This document shows positions 15,001-20,073 of a stretch of 64,000 bases of DNA, in pieces. The position numbers and the translations under genes were made by a program. The notes beneath the pieces were generated by a model. The model had not been told where the DNA came from and ran no database searches. It saw only the letters and a list, made by a program, of their open reading frames with translations. The stretch is taken from the IMG/VR virus record IMGVR_UViG_3300045988_183866, one strand, 5' to 3'. This stretch comes from a virus. How positions within the stretch are numbered: the stretch's first letter is position 1; every line of letters starts with the position of its first letter.

Positions 15001-18000
15001 CTTGGACCATCGCAACGCTCGAATCCGGCAAGTCCATCGACATTACCTACACCTATACGATGCAGGCAAGCGATGAAACTGTTATTGAAAACACTGCCGA
15101 TGTGCGTTATAGCCACAACGGTACTGACTACAATATTCCGTCCAACCCGGTTGATGTTGAGAAGCCTAACGATGGTGTAGTTACCATCTTTAAGACTGCC
15201 GACAAGACCAAGGCTGAACCGAACGAGGTCGTTACCTATACAGTTACGATTCACAACGGTAAGGATTACAACATCAAGAATGTCCGTCTGACTGACGCGA
15301 ACAACTTCGCGGGCAAGATTGAGGGCGTTGACGGTGCTGGCTACAAGTTCATCAACGGCGAATTTGTCATTGACAAGATTCCTGCTGGCGGTGACGCAGT
15401 GGTTCACTACACCTACACAGTCCAGATTGCCGATGTTCCGACCAAGATTCTTGAAAATGTTGCAACGGCTCATGTCCCCGGCAAGAACCCCGGCGACCCT
15501 GACGAGGAGATTCCTTCCAACAAGGTCGATGTTGAGGTTCCCGGTGACGGCACGCACGTTGATGTGCCGGAAGGCAAGCTCGAAATCGTTAAGAGTGTAG
15601 ACAAAACGGAAGCCAAGGTTGGCGATACGCTGAACTACACGATTACGCTGACGAATGTTGGCGGACAGGCAGTCAAGAACGCTGTCGTCAAGGATTTCTT
15701 TGACGGTAACGGTGTCCTGAACTTCGTTCCGATGGACGGTGTGACGGATAACGGTGATTACACCTACACGGTTGCGAATGTGGAGAAGGGTCAGAGCATT
15801 ACGCTCCGCTTCACTTACACGGTCGTTGCCGGAGATGCGCCGATGGTCCTGAACGCTGCTGTTGTGAAAGACCCGACGCCTCCCGTTGACATCGAGAAGA
15901 CCGCAGACAAGCATGTAGCGATGGTCGATGAAGTCGTCAACTATACCATCACGGTGAAGAACACGACTGATAAGACCGTTACCGACCTGCTGGTCAGCGA
16001 CACCAACAACTTTACAGGCGCAATCACCTCTAAAGACAACGCCAAGTACACCTACAATGGCAACCATACTTGGACTATCCCCAGCATCAAGGCTGGTGAG
16101 AGCATCGATATTCTCTACACCTATACGGTGAAGACTACCGACCCCTCTACGCTGGTCAACGAAGCTGATGTTCGCTACACGACCGATGACGGCGAGTATG
16201 TCATCAAGGCAGACCCTGTTGAAGTCGTTGTCCCGAAGGATGGCGAAGTTACGATTGTCAAGAGCGGTGACAAGAAGATTGCAGAGCCCGGTGAGGTCGT
16301 GACCTACACGGTTACGATTCACAACGGTAAGGCGCATGACATCACCAATGTGGTCGTAAGCGATTCCAACAACTTTGCTGGAACGATTACCGGCACGAAT
16401 GGTGTCGGCTACAAGTTCGTTGACGGACACTTTGTAATCGATAAGATTGCTGCTGGTGCAGACGCTGTTCTGACCTACACCTACACGGTGCAGATTGCAG
16501 ATGTACCCACTCACATTCTGGAAAATGTTGCCACGGCACATGTGCCCGGCACGAATCCGGAAGACCCTGAGAATCCCGGACACGGCAAGGACCCGGATAA
16601 ACCGATTGACCCCGATACGGACATTCCGTCCAATAAGGTCGAAGTGGAAGTCCCCGGTTCCGAAGTTGAGACCGAAATTCCGGAAATCTCTATTACCAAG
16701 TCTGTAGATAAGCCTACTGCCAAGATTGGTGATACGCTAAACTACACCGTCACTGTCAAGAACGGCGGTAACGCGGATGCTGAGAATATCCTGATTAAGG
16801 ATTTCTTTGACGGAAACGGAACGCTGAACTTCAAGGCCATGGATGGCGTGACAGATAACGGAGACAACACCTACACTATTTCTACGGTCAAAGCAGGGGA
16901 GAGCGTAAAGCTTCGTTTCAGCTATGTTGTAGTTGAAGGAGACGAACCTCTCGTACTGAACGCCGCAGTAATCAAAGACCCGACACCGCCTGTTGACGTT
17001 GAGAAGGAAGCCGACAAGCACATTGCAAAGGTTGATGAGGTTGTAACCTACACGATTTCCGTGAAGAACACCACTTCTGAGCCTGTTGACAATGTAACTG
17101 TCACCGATACTAACAACTTCAAGGGCGAAATCAAGGCCGAAAACGCTGACAAGTACACTTACAATGGCAATAAGACGTGGACTATCCCGACTATTGCCGC
17201 TGGCGAGACCATCTATATCACCTACACCTATACGATGCAGGCTGAGGATGCCACCGTCATCGAAAACATTGCAAATGTGACTTACAGCAAGGATGGCACA
17301 GATTACAATATCCCCTCCAACCCCGTCGATGTCGAAAAGCCCGATGATGGTGTTGTCACCATCCGCAAGGCTGCAGATAAGACAAAGGCTGAGCCGGGTG
17401 AGGTTGTAACCTATACCGTCACGGTTCATAACGGAAAGAATCACGACATCGAAAACGCTCGTCTGACAGACACCAACAACTTTGCTGGCGAAATCGTAAG
17501 CGTTGACGGTGCAGATTACACCTTCGAGAACGGCGAATTCACAATCAATAAGATTCCCGCAGGCGGTGATGTGGTTATCCACTACACTTATACGGTTGAA
17601 ATTGCTGATGTGCCCACGCAGATTCTCGAAAACATTGCAACAATCCATGTTCCCGGCACGAATCCCGAAGACCCGAATAATCCGGGTCACGGCAAAGACC
17701 CCGAGAAACCCATTGACCCCGATACGGAGATTCCGTCCAACAAGGTTGATGTGGAAGTTCCCGGCTCTGAAACCGAAACAGAGATTCCTGTAATCGAAAT
17801 CACCAAGTCCGTTGATAAGGCAGAAGCCAAGGTTGGCGATACGCTCAACTATACGGTTACTGTCGCCAACAAGGGCAAGGTTGATGCGGAAAATGTTGTT
17901 GTCGAAGACTTCTTCGATGGCAACGGAACGCTCAACTTCGTGCCCATGGATGGCGTTGCGGATAACGGCGACAACTCCTATACCATCAGCACTGTAAAGG

Positions 18001-19646
18001 CTGGCGAGAGCGTAACGCTTAACTTCACCTATGTGGTAGTTACCGCTGATGCTCCTAAGGTCCTGAACGCTGCTGTTGTGAAAGACCCGACACCGCCTAT
18101 CGATGTTGAAAAGGATGCCGATAAGTATATTGCTAAGGTGACGGATGTTGTGACCTACACCATTACGGTGAAGAACACGACAGACGAAACCGTAAACGAT
18201 ATCACTGTCGCAGACCATAACAACTTTGCGGGTGATGTTACGGCTGAGAGTTCTAACCGCTATACCTATAACGGAGACGGTACTTGGACTATCGGTCATC
18301 TGGATGCCGGTGAGGCTCTTGATATCGTTTATACCTATACGGTAGAGACGACCGATGAGAGCGTTATGGAAAATACCGCAACCATTAAGTACACGCACGA
18401 TGGCGAGCAGTATAATATCCCGTCCAATACAGTCGATGTGAAGAAGCCTGATGATGGCGTTGTCACCATCTGGAAGTCTGCAAACAAGACTGTCGCAAAG
18501 CCGGGTGAGACTGTCACCTATACCGTAACGGTACACAATGGTAAAGACCACGATATTCAGAATGCTGCTCTGACTGATGAGAATAACTTCTCCGGAAGCA
18601 TTTTCGCAGTGGAAGGCGCTGGTTATCACTATGAGAATGGTGTATTCACCATCGACACGATTCCTGCTGGCGGCGATGTGGTTGTCCACTACGCTTATAC
18701 TGTCGGTATCGCCGATGTGACTACGCACATCCTCGAAAACGTAGCGACGATTCATGTTCCCGGTACGAACCCTGAAGACCCGGAGAATCCCGGACAGGGT
18801 AAAGACCCGACGAAACCGATTGACCCTGATACGGATATTCCGTCCAACAAGGTCGATGTGGAAGTTCCGGGTTCCGGCACGGAAACTGACATCCCGCTCG
18901 AAAAGAGCCTCACGATTGTGAAGAGTGCTGACAAGACGAAAGTCAATGTCGGTGAAACCATCAATTATCGTGTGGTAGTAACCAATACCGGTGAAGTAGA
19001 CCTTGTCAATGTAACCGTAAAGGACAACAATGATGGCGCAAGCCATATTGAAGCCCAGAACGGTGATGGATATACTTACAATAGCGCAACGACAACGTTC
19101 ACTATTGCTCGTATCCCTGTTGGCGAATCCTTCACTCTGACCTATTCTTATGTTGCCGTTGACGCGGATGCCGGACACGATGTCATTAACGTGGCTGTCG
19201 CTAAGGCTCCGGGTCAGAATCCCGAAGACCCCGAGAATCCGGGTCATGGTAAGGACCCGTCCAAGCCGATTGATGAAGATGTAGAGAAACCTTCCAACGA
19301 GGTGAAAGTCCCTGTTGTGAAACCCTCTACTCCCACAACGCCTGACGAGCCTAAGCCGACTCCGACTCCTGACAACCCGAAGCCCACTCCGACCCCTGTT
19401 CCTACTGAGAAGCCAAAGACCCCGCCGATTGGCTGGCTCGATATCTTCAAGGTAGACGGCAAGCCCTTCTCCCTCTTCTCTATCTTCACGAGCAACAAGA
19501 AGACGGGTATCGGATTTGCACAGAGCATTGTTGGTCTGGTAGCAATGGTTGGCATTGGCGTCGCTGCTCTGGTGGTAGTAAACCACAAGCGCAAGAAGGA
19601 CGAAAACGACAACAAAGATAACCATAAGGATGATTCCGCTGAATAA
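3..19646 (+). CDS. Giant repetitive cell-surface adhesin, 5'-partial (>6514 aa). The N-terminal half contains a Gly-rich segment and ~90-aa modules with a K-x-Y-G-x-x-D-P motif (MBG/YDG-like). The C-terminal half is an array of DUF11-like 'conserved repeat' domains. The C-terminus is a Pro/Thr stalk, then NKKTG, a TM helix and a Lys-rich tail.
   Basis: The frame is open from nt 3 with no stop upstream of the ATG at 102, so the gene begins outside the window. Periodic motifs TIxPRPxxV...KxYGxxDP occur through aa ~2100-3500. Repeats LTIxKSADKxxAxVGDxxxYTITVxNtGN..L.NVxVxDTNNFxG occur from nt ~10650. The protein ends ..TSNKKTGIGFAQSIVGLVAMVGIGVAALVVVNHKRKKD. Minus-strand ORFs over this span are shadows. 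Confidence 0.9.
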   Translation, partial: SSGGSHGPFLKTTIYGSKSLRIRANGGYTYEEAMVNPDIKHRTPTNWPYKFSVGQTIPAALTHSNGQVAFDDIWVQYDGCASDFTDAGLGKLYEPTVDGRSGTNNFYLAGSGNFVMNQIGHLPLIGVGGANKASPQEMQLCVNTLMWISQRKQCEVCAADQADQQMTHFVHRVNAANAKKILTALANGGSYWYPLSDCYELMEDLDLTKLGFDSTTWKPIKNFTGHWNSKYFDVKVPKDGALFDNTTGDLGAYRTGDGNDWNLGTDRLKGWDTVFKDSGNSSPSVRTTGIARIYGKLSDAKLFNDGQVHEGYTVHIRYEDNTALLQEGDDFSCVVNNVDQYCISNLPCIYVGGKTILRARVYDKAGNEVTKYGPIVAKVPPHFWNDCETVPLELLTIEATPIENYRYWEGETTKVLEGSGIIYNQPISNESVTWYYRVVDLRNTSNALSDWVKIGHYGQFTTEDGAVTGIIKTPVFHDGNDGVYNYPHSSVDVQLQMLAYTGNAIQLRTDYEVEGKTYSTIDPGVITPEASGIIQIEERPMSMTQAPNQRVMTQDEATFVFETDYWKGLDDKGYSYDVQYKDPYDDDWQTLATSVTFGGTYTLNTVDNSQVNKVDIEAHTVDTLAKGKETASMIHDNKWLPADFWRPDGFTDQQCAQKHTTITLTLHAADYNWSGYYFRIVASYRFNEKRTKVENSYSAIGDADNAGFDTSRYGLLQVDAPFVSATMLEARALMMQEHNSEGDATGDFGQNYWSVETTQDQVDNWNASRGDSNNPLISDKNVAVYTTTITFSPSKLTESGNRILIPVLQWGFQDDLNSESTDYKPVINPININGYANNGNGLTTENYKDWANIVKTRYDINTDDSSVMKQVVDAIETEHSGSPFGKFTAYITIDDIKPVEDTMLNGQPFDINSAYAKWSITTSLHIESATNPMDFGTEHFYFQCKPYLEYIRGYNSTKLKSQTITNTLAHNFDYVNGGIDEDNTDTGAELWLDYNISIHANERNLVSCGVDKHSIFMYPELTIEAPNGLRYIMSRYQIVNEFPYGKHRDTSRTVFNQSDHLSVNLGTQYRGQMTTVTRYDMNGNPSQIDVQGKTMADLGISLDERGYLDKNNEDYAPYLDHGYALWSDYSYPKEIWQWFWRNAIQYHCYDMEEFDGTNEQVFFYIDEKNVRAADKSFKANDGNNPTSSWTAPFDATYQIDLWGAGGGNASMTDGISGNSGSHTIITADIKEGTTLYFVAGGAGGGGSTGSGSGGSGGYNGGGSGGVGAVFYDCYKGGGDPDHSYHSNSPIGFGGGGGATTVAFGLIGDGQLKNYGDGSPMFGVAGGGSGAAIISGNGYTTRGVGGSGSNNSGQRYHCALKEDKVFSDGYEYHHGDICGWTYSGTHSSDIKMQREDEEGYNNTLHENGGGSGWQSASTDGALRGSSYAASVGTNLDNGNIIIKANVTGANQLNDGAGSGIGQAGRAKIKVVDLNKRLYRRVGKNAMDIGFEDANECTPTRAKVMLTVANKMYDGNQLTVTAHVVWDGDTDAGIDEQEILRGVNITYSNNESPNITYPTNATTDSKKKPLVRTGSYTATATYTGKYEVTFCWENTKPGKTYVVRGESTTPDEYVSGNGNVVYFDIYPRPLHLYSYDNNKIYDNISTAKVSDIKIKAATADSGIVHGDTVALNSTLAYGYYCENYAPEDFAKTSFRESIHTGLHSIKTVTILELINNPFDNYYIASEDFTGTINPRPLYVHSQYHDVNKYKWNYDGNSNDIGNGKYLTDTTVYDNQNVTIEQAYEMILAGKQENIDITRYTKTEQDNYQNTVVNPNNIKVYDSYYNANIGEEGQGNIYIDNITNYDSVELNAQTYVGSYADSNAGEQLTGYDANGDNGVIKEDRYNGLSTNTIRHLPYSVKYSYSTTTPQVGQKMTVTIAVTNKDTGYGLAAQNNYVAPVAIQNLRLKSRFAGNGPITLKSTNGIRMNQQGTEFYIDTIPVGGTVNIEFEYTVQDIDDTNALVRDIEQNNEMYLVNNNYNDYYIADKTFSGGIYRTTLRAQVKSVSTTYGHGFKNVKLPYADDVYYWNKGSDSWLTMEGLVEDHKTAAQDDEKLDLKAKKTNNYQSKFVYNVVPSETTDAGSYPVSYIGLNEFNYDVLKNYVVTEDPGSIEVKPRKIMISVDESQKIYGTTNPFFNSTFKVLGTDDQGNELDVSDENNWTVLGDDATVDYNNMHLIGNDTIGNVVEVVNGASRTALAFKNGTSNLPYLTTATQSSDVIYQTDVPEEECAYCLEKYNEMHKGHEHYHDDDHPHTHVPVNGYPVSVNENTGYGNTLGIKTVTNSEGQVVSNYELVYESNVLKVHPRLIRIAALDATKAYGGTEPALKWTVDGEIIKPTSEMLGIKAVRDSGENVRDEGYTIRISYEKSTASNYIVETNDAKMTITPVPLTIVFGNQERYYGEDNKNDYTLTVVGLKHGDTADVALKNNDGATAKVLETAKNTLSDYINLTYNKYTDVGSNYLYGDKSYCEEHTILVPRENADGGYNYTIANYTPGVLTIKPRPMLLEVTGWQKELGDADKVQDFTLTDMITHNSVNGQQKLGAGSRITDASVVVNPDKVPIVFNLVRAEGEEVGSYPVYSTPQDRQIGNLAANDQKQLELDNPNYDFEYRYANDLIVKRQGLMITVDDKVRYYGDRVNRFYDGSTDYTYHVFKVENGEAVEITAEEAGINTNSFTFTHLDTQTSSSGTYKDCISLSGVHSTIYDDDDITITAGNLTIIPRPVSVIAEDNTKVYGDADPELKYTLHDGVRGEDGNYYIEYANGPVLTEKEGADVPVQPGDLEGTGVTREPGEDVWTGEHSFGKAYAINANDISPVSKDGITNYVITMENGNFTITPAELVVTVKGGYSKTYGEENPAFDADITGFKRDDTKETVLNGELGFATLCFDLSDAGKYIVTAGNNNEDAVNPDCVVLEDGEEHIGSTFEVKSNTNFEKNYVIRYVNGDITVNPKELIVRIDHKVKTYGTADPAFTFHYEDNAGNVIGLIDPENSPLNVELYRTKGENVVRGDVTAADSLNKWGTTLYDGDYLISAKYDTNNKNYAVTVYDGSLKIIPATLTVTVDGGYKTTYGDEIPEFTYSITGFVGRDVKDETGTGIKDDESKVSGTATMYCNDNAGNPVTNKTKVGNYPINYDRQQLVADNSNYKFIYVGGDLTIGKKPIHVKADDQQKVYGEKDPDPLTWTITDPEELVNPGDEDFFDITTKRPGADTDDGEQVGKYPITIDGTDPSGNYEIITTPGTLTIVPATIVVTVIDDEKYFGEDNPTPNVTITGYKRGDTIDDIGGKDALKTKTDAEKWSPVGEYPVSAKDSTFHNPNYDFVYIDGKLTVKPLIINIKAEDDRKTYGDNDPDKFNVSYTLTNEKDEPYTPDKDLRDYIDRALNLDAARVPGENVRTENPGYSIVPTYTEVDNIEIGTVTPGHFFIDPREVTIIANSAEKVYDGTPLTEPGYTYAPELVDNDLLGIHDKMDSVTVTGSQTEVGSSKNVPSDAVIINTEDGSGSNANYIIKYVDGTLTVRDKEIVSIEKSADRERATDYDVIRYTITVTNATSHDLHNVIVKDTNNFVGVPVLSQANGVTYDAEKGEFVIAEISHLRDETHTNAVTFTYTYTVDPTDHGTNNNDILENNAKITDMKVVESYTENPDGSTTPNYTEPNKDWLVETPDVDVEIIRQNLTIEKSADKTEAGVGDVVTYTLKVTNTGNTKLENVVVKDTNNFMGEPVENTKLHFGYRVNDDGTWTITSLGVGKSVTITYKYTVVADDLANGKLDNIATATIPAREDPTIPEKPVDSNEVIVPLYYKHLTIVKSADRDHAYPGEVVKYQVTVTNDGTVDMTNVTVSDDTNALGMFIVSTGDGYTYNPETRLFTIPALNVGDSVTLNYLYIVQNGDPETIINVATAHAPKNPDTEIPGDKDIEEPSKPVEVDVLRDELTIVKNADKSFVDMNGNDTTVTYTLTVKNSGNTKLTNVIVTDTSNGNGTVEYTGDLMYDGNGKWMIPELNAGESVEITYIYTAVAEDMNLDNGNIVNTAVAEGKNPDNKTVTSDPDTETVHVGEVPDRDIRVVKTSLESSVMIGDTIHYTITVTNNGTMTAQNVVVRDFNDGIGEINAASSDKYTYDAATHSFTIAEIAAGEVVEIPVTYTVQEGDKGTVNNAAVEIPEIPEIEKKADKQTVVVGEVVTYTITVTNTTNETKTNVEVKDTNNFTGVITPAENTDVVSYIGDKVWNISSIGAGESVDIVYTYTVMNEDAPNTMLVNNAEMTYVTDSGKVKIPSNEVDIPVIPETPTPEHVGPTVVKQADKAIANIGDTVHYTVVMHNNDTVDYVNAALHDKNNFNGVITNVKNGTLESASAGSAVIKVGTIPAGKTVTVEYDYIVLNTDAGKGQDTYNELKNVATLHYWFADENQTPENEKTKPSNEVTVKVPGSDVPVPVNPPEGKLKVEKFVDKKSASVGDMLHYTVKVSNVGDGELKNILVEDFFDGHGKLNYIPAVGVVVNGDGTYTINKLPAGTFMELRFTYVIVEGDEPEVLNAAVVTTPPVDPPLEPTKTADKKFAFVDEIVTYTISVYNPDTKAKTNVTVKDTNNFVGSINAANTDKYTYNGDSTWTIPEIGAGETIDITYTYTVQSNDEKLLENKADVTYSENGDTVKLDTPTVDVVVPDKGTVSIHKEADKKMAKPGEVVTYNVTVTNNKGFDVHDVVVTDANNFAGEITGVDGADYTFENGEFHIAEIAAGASVTLTYTYTVEIGDVPTQILENIATADVPGTNPEDPNNPGHGKDPNKPIDNDEKIPSNPVDVEVPGSETETKIPDLVLTKSVDKNEAVVGDTLNYTITVKNNGKGDAENVTVKDFFDGKGTLNFVAMDGVTDNGDDSYTIASVKAGESVTLNFTYVVVDGDAPEVLNAAVITTPEPPTDIVKSADKHIAKVNEIVTYTITVKNNSKDTLTNLLVSDTNNFKGEIEGKDGKGYTYNGDKTWTIATLESGKSIDITYTYTMQASDETVIENTADVRYSHNGTDYNIPSNPVDVEKPNDGVVTIFKTADKTKAEPNEVVTYTVTIHNGKDYNIKNVRLTDANNFAGKIEGVDGAGYKFINGEFVIDKIPAGGDAVVHYTYTVQIADVPTKILENVATAHVPGKNPGDPDEEIPSNKVDVEVPGDGTHVDVPEGKLEIVKSVDKTEAKVGDTLNYTITLTNVGGQAVKNAVVKDFFDGNGVLNFVPMDGVTDNGDYTYTVANVEKGQSITLRFTYTVVAGDAPMVLNAAVVKDPTPPVDIEKTADKHVAMVDEVVNYTITVKNTTDKTVTDLLVSDTNNFTGAITSKDNAKYTYNGNHTWTIPSIKAGESIDILYTYTVKTTDPSTLVNEADVRYTTDDGEYVIKADPVEVVVPKDGEVTIVKSGDKKIAEPGEVVTYTVTIHNGKAHDITNVVVSDSNNFAGTITGTNGVGYKFVDGHFVIDKIAAGADAVLTYTYTVQIADVPTHILENVATAHVPGTNPEDPENPGHGKDPDKPIDPDTDIPSNKVEVEVPGSEVETEIPEISITKSVDKPTAKIGDTLNYTVTVKNGGNADAENILIKDFFDGNGTLNFKAMDGVTDNGDNTYTISTVKAGESVKLRFSYVVVEGDEPLVLNAAVIKDPTPPVDVEKEADKHIAKVDEVVTYTISVKNTTSEPVDNVTVTDTNNFKGEIKAENADKYTYNGNKTWTIPTIAAGETIYITYTYTMQAEDATVIENIANVTYSKDGTDYNIPSNPVDVEKPDDGVVTIRKAADKTKAEPGEVVTYTVTVHNGKNHDIENARLTDTNNFAGEIVSVDGADYTFENGEFTINKIPAGGDVVIHYTYTVEIADVPTQILENIATIHVPGTNPEDPNNPGHGKDPEKPIDPDTEIPSNKVDVEVPGSETETEIPVIEITKSVDKAEAKVGDTLNYTVTVANKGKVDAENVVVEDFFDGNGTLNFVPMDGVADNGDNSYTISTVKAGESVTLNFTYVVVTADAPKVLNAAVVKDPTPPIDVEKDADKYIAKVTDVVTYTITVKNTTDETVNDITVADHNNFAGDVTAESSNRYTYNGDGTWTIGHLDAGEALDIVYTYTVETTDESVMENTATIKYTHDGEQYNIPSNTVDVKKPDDGVVTIWKSANKTVAKPGETVTYTVTVHNGKDHDIQNAALTDENNFSGSIFAVEGAGYHYENGVFTIDTIPAGGDVVVHYAYTVGIADVTTHILENVATIHVPGTNPEDPENPGQGKDPTKPIDPDTDIPSNKVDVEVPGSGTETDIPLEKSLTIVKSADKTKVNVGETINYRVVVTNTGEVDLVNVTVKDNNDGASHIEAQNGDGYTYNSATTTFTIARIPVGESFTLTYSYVAVDADAGHDVINVAVAKAPGQNPEDPENPGHGKDPSKPIDEDVEKPSNEVKVPVVKPSTPTTPDEPKPTPTPDNPKPTPTPVPTEKPKTPPIGWLDIFKVDGKPFSLFSIFTSNKKTGIGFAQSIVGLVAMVGIGVAALVVVNHKRKKDENDNKDNHKDDSAE
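6440..10650 (+). repeat. In-frame array of ~90-aa MBG/YDG-like modules (KxYGxxDP motif) within the giant adhesin gene
   Basis: Recurring peptides include KIYGTTNPFFNSTFKVLG, KAYGGTEPALKWTVDG, RYYGEDNKNDYTLTVVG, KVYGDADPELKYTLHDG, KTYGEENPAFDADITGF, KTYGTADPAFTFHYED, KVYGEKDPDPLTWTITD and KTYGDNDPDKFNVSYTL. Confidence 0.7.
14370..19000 (+). repeat. Tandem coding super-repeat with ~1110-nt period and about 5 copies. Each unit holds three DUF11-like domains plus a PGTNPEDPENPGHGKDPxKPIDPDTxIPSNKVDVEVPGSETE linker.
   Basis: The near-identical linker peptide PGTNPEDP(E/N)NPGHGKDP recurs at nt ~14370, 15475 (degenerate), 16540, 17650, 18760 and 19210. Peptides between linkers align at ~75-90% identity, e.g. 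KSVDKxEAKVGDTLNYTxTV.N.G..DAENVxVKDFFDGNGTLNF. Confidence 0.85.
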
Positions 19647-19660
19647 GCGGTAAAACAATA

Positions 19661-19697
19661 GAGCGGTGGTTCGAAAGAGCCGCCGCTCTTTTTTTTG
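19661..19697 (+). terminator. Rho-independent terminator after giant adhesin gene 1
   Basis: GC hairpin gagcggtgg-ttcgaaaga-gccgccgctc followed by T9. Confidence 0.7.
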
Positions 19698-19729
19698 CGT
19701 AAAAAACTTCTAATTTTCAGAATAATTAT

Positions 19730-19760
19730 TGACCGTTGCTGCAAAGTAAGTAATATAATA
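19730..19760 (+). promoter_or_regulatory. Promoter of the conserved-spacer family (copy a): TTGACC-gTTGCTGCAAAGTAag-TAATAT
   Basis: Matches a 7-member family with -35 TTGCAA/TTGACA, a 16-17 nt spacer containing TTGCTGCAAAGTAG, and a TAtAAT -10. It lies upstream of giant adhesin gene 2. Confidence 0.55.
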
Positions 19761-20073
19761 GATATAAATACAGCATCAAATTTCTCAGAACAAATAATAG
19801 CTATAGTCAAGCAGGTTTTGCGTTAATGTTTCAACCATCCATGTCCATACGAAATATGAGAATGCGTTCATGGGTGGCATTTTTGTGCCAAATTTTTTGA
19901 TTGACTTTTCTGTCTTTTTGTGGCATATTGTAAATATGCAATTTGATTGCTTGTGTTTTGATATACTTTCTTATCTACAATCGAGGCTGCACACTAGGGA
20001 GTAGGTAAGGGTGTATATAAATCCGGCTGTGGTAAAACCACAGAACACTCACATTATTAGGAGGGCAACTAAC

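Noticed and set aside
14370-19000. Regular ~1.1-kb repeats as a CRISPR array or IS cluster
   Set aside because: The repeats are protein-coding, in-frame and far too long. There are no short direct repeats with unique spacers and no transposase.
30-19658. Very long minus-strand ORFs (30-3365, 4077-16583 at 4168 aa, 16737-19658) antisense to adhesin gene 1
   Set aside because: They are shadow ORFs of a long, compositionally biased, repetitive + strand CDS. Their translations are low-complexity (V/I/G/N/R-rich) with no domain-like periodicity of their own and no RBS. The + strand protein has clear domain repeats and a sorting signal.
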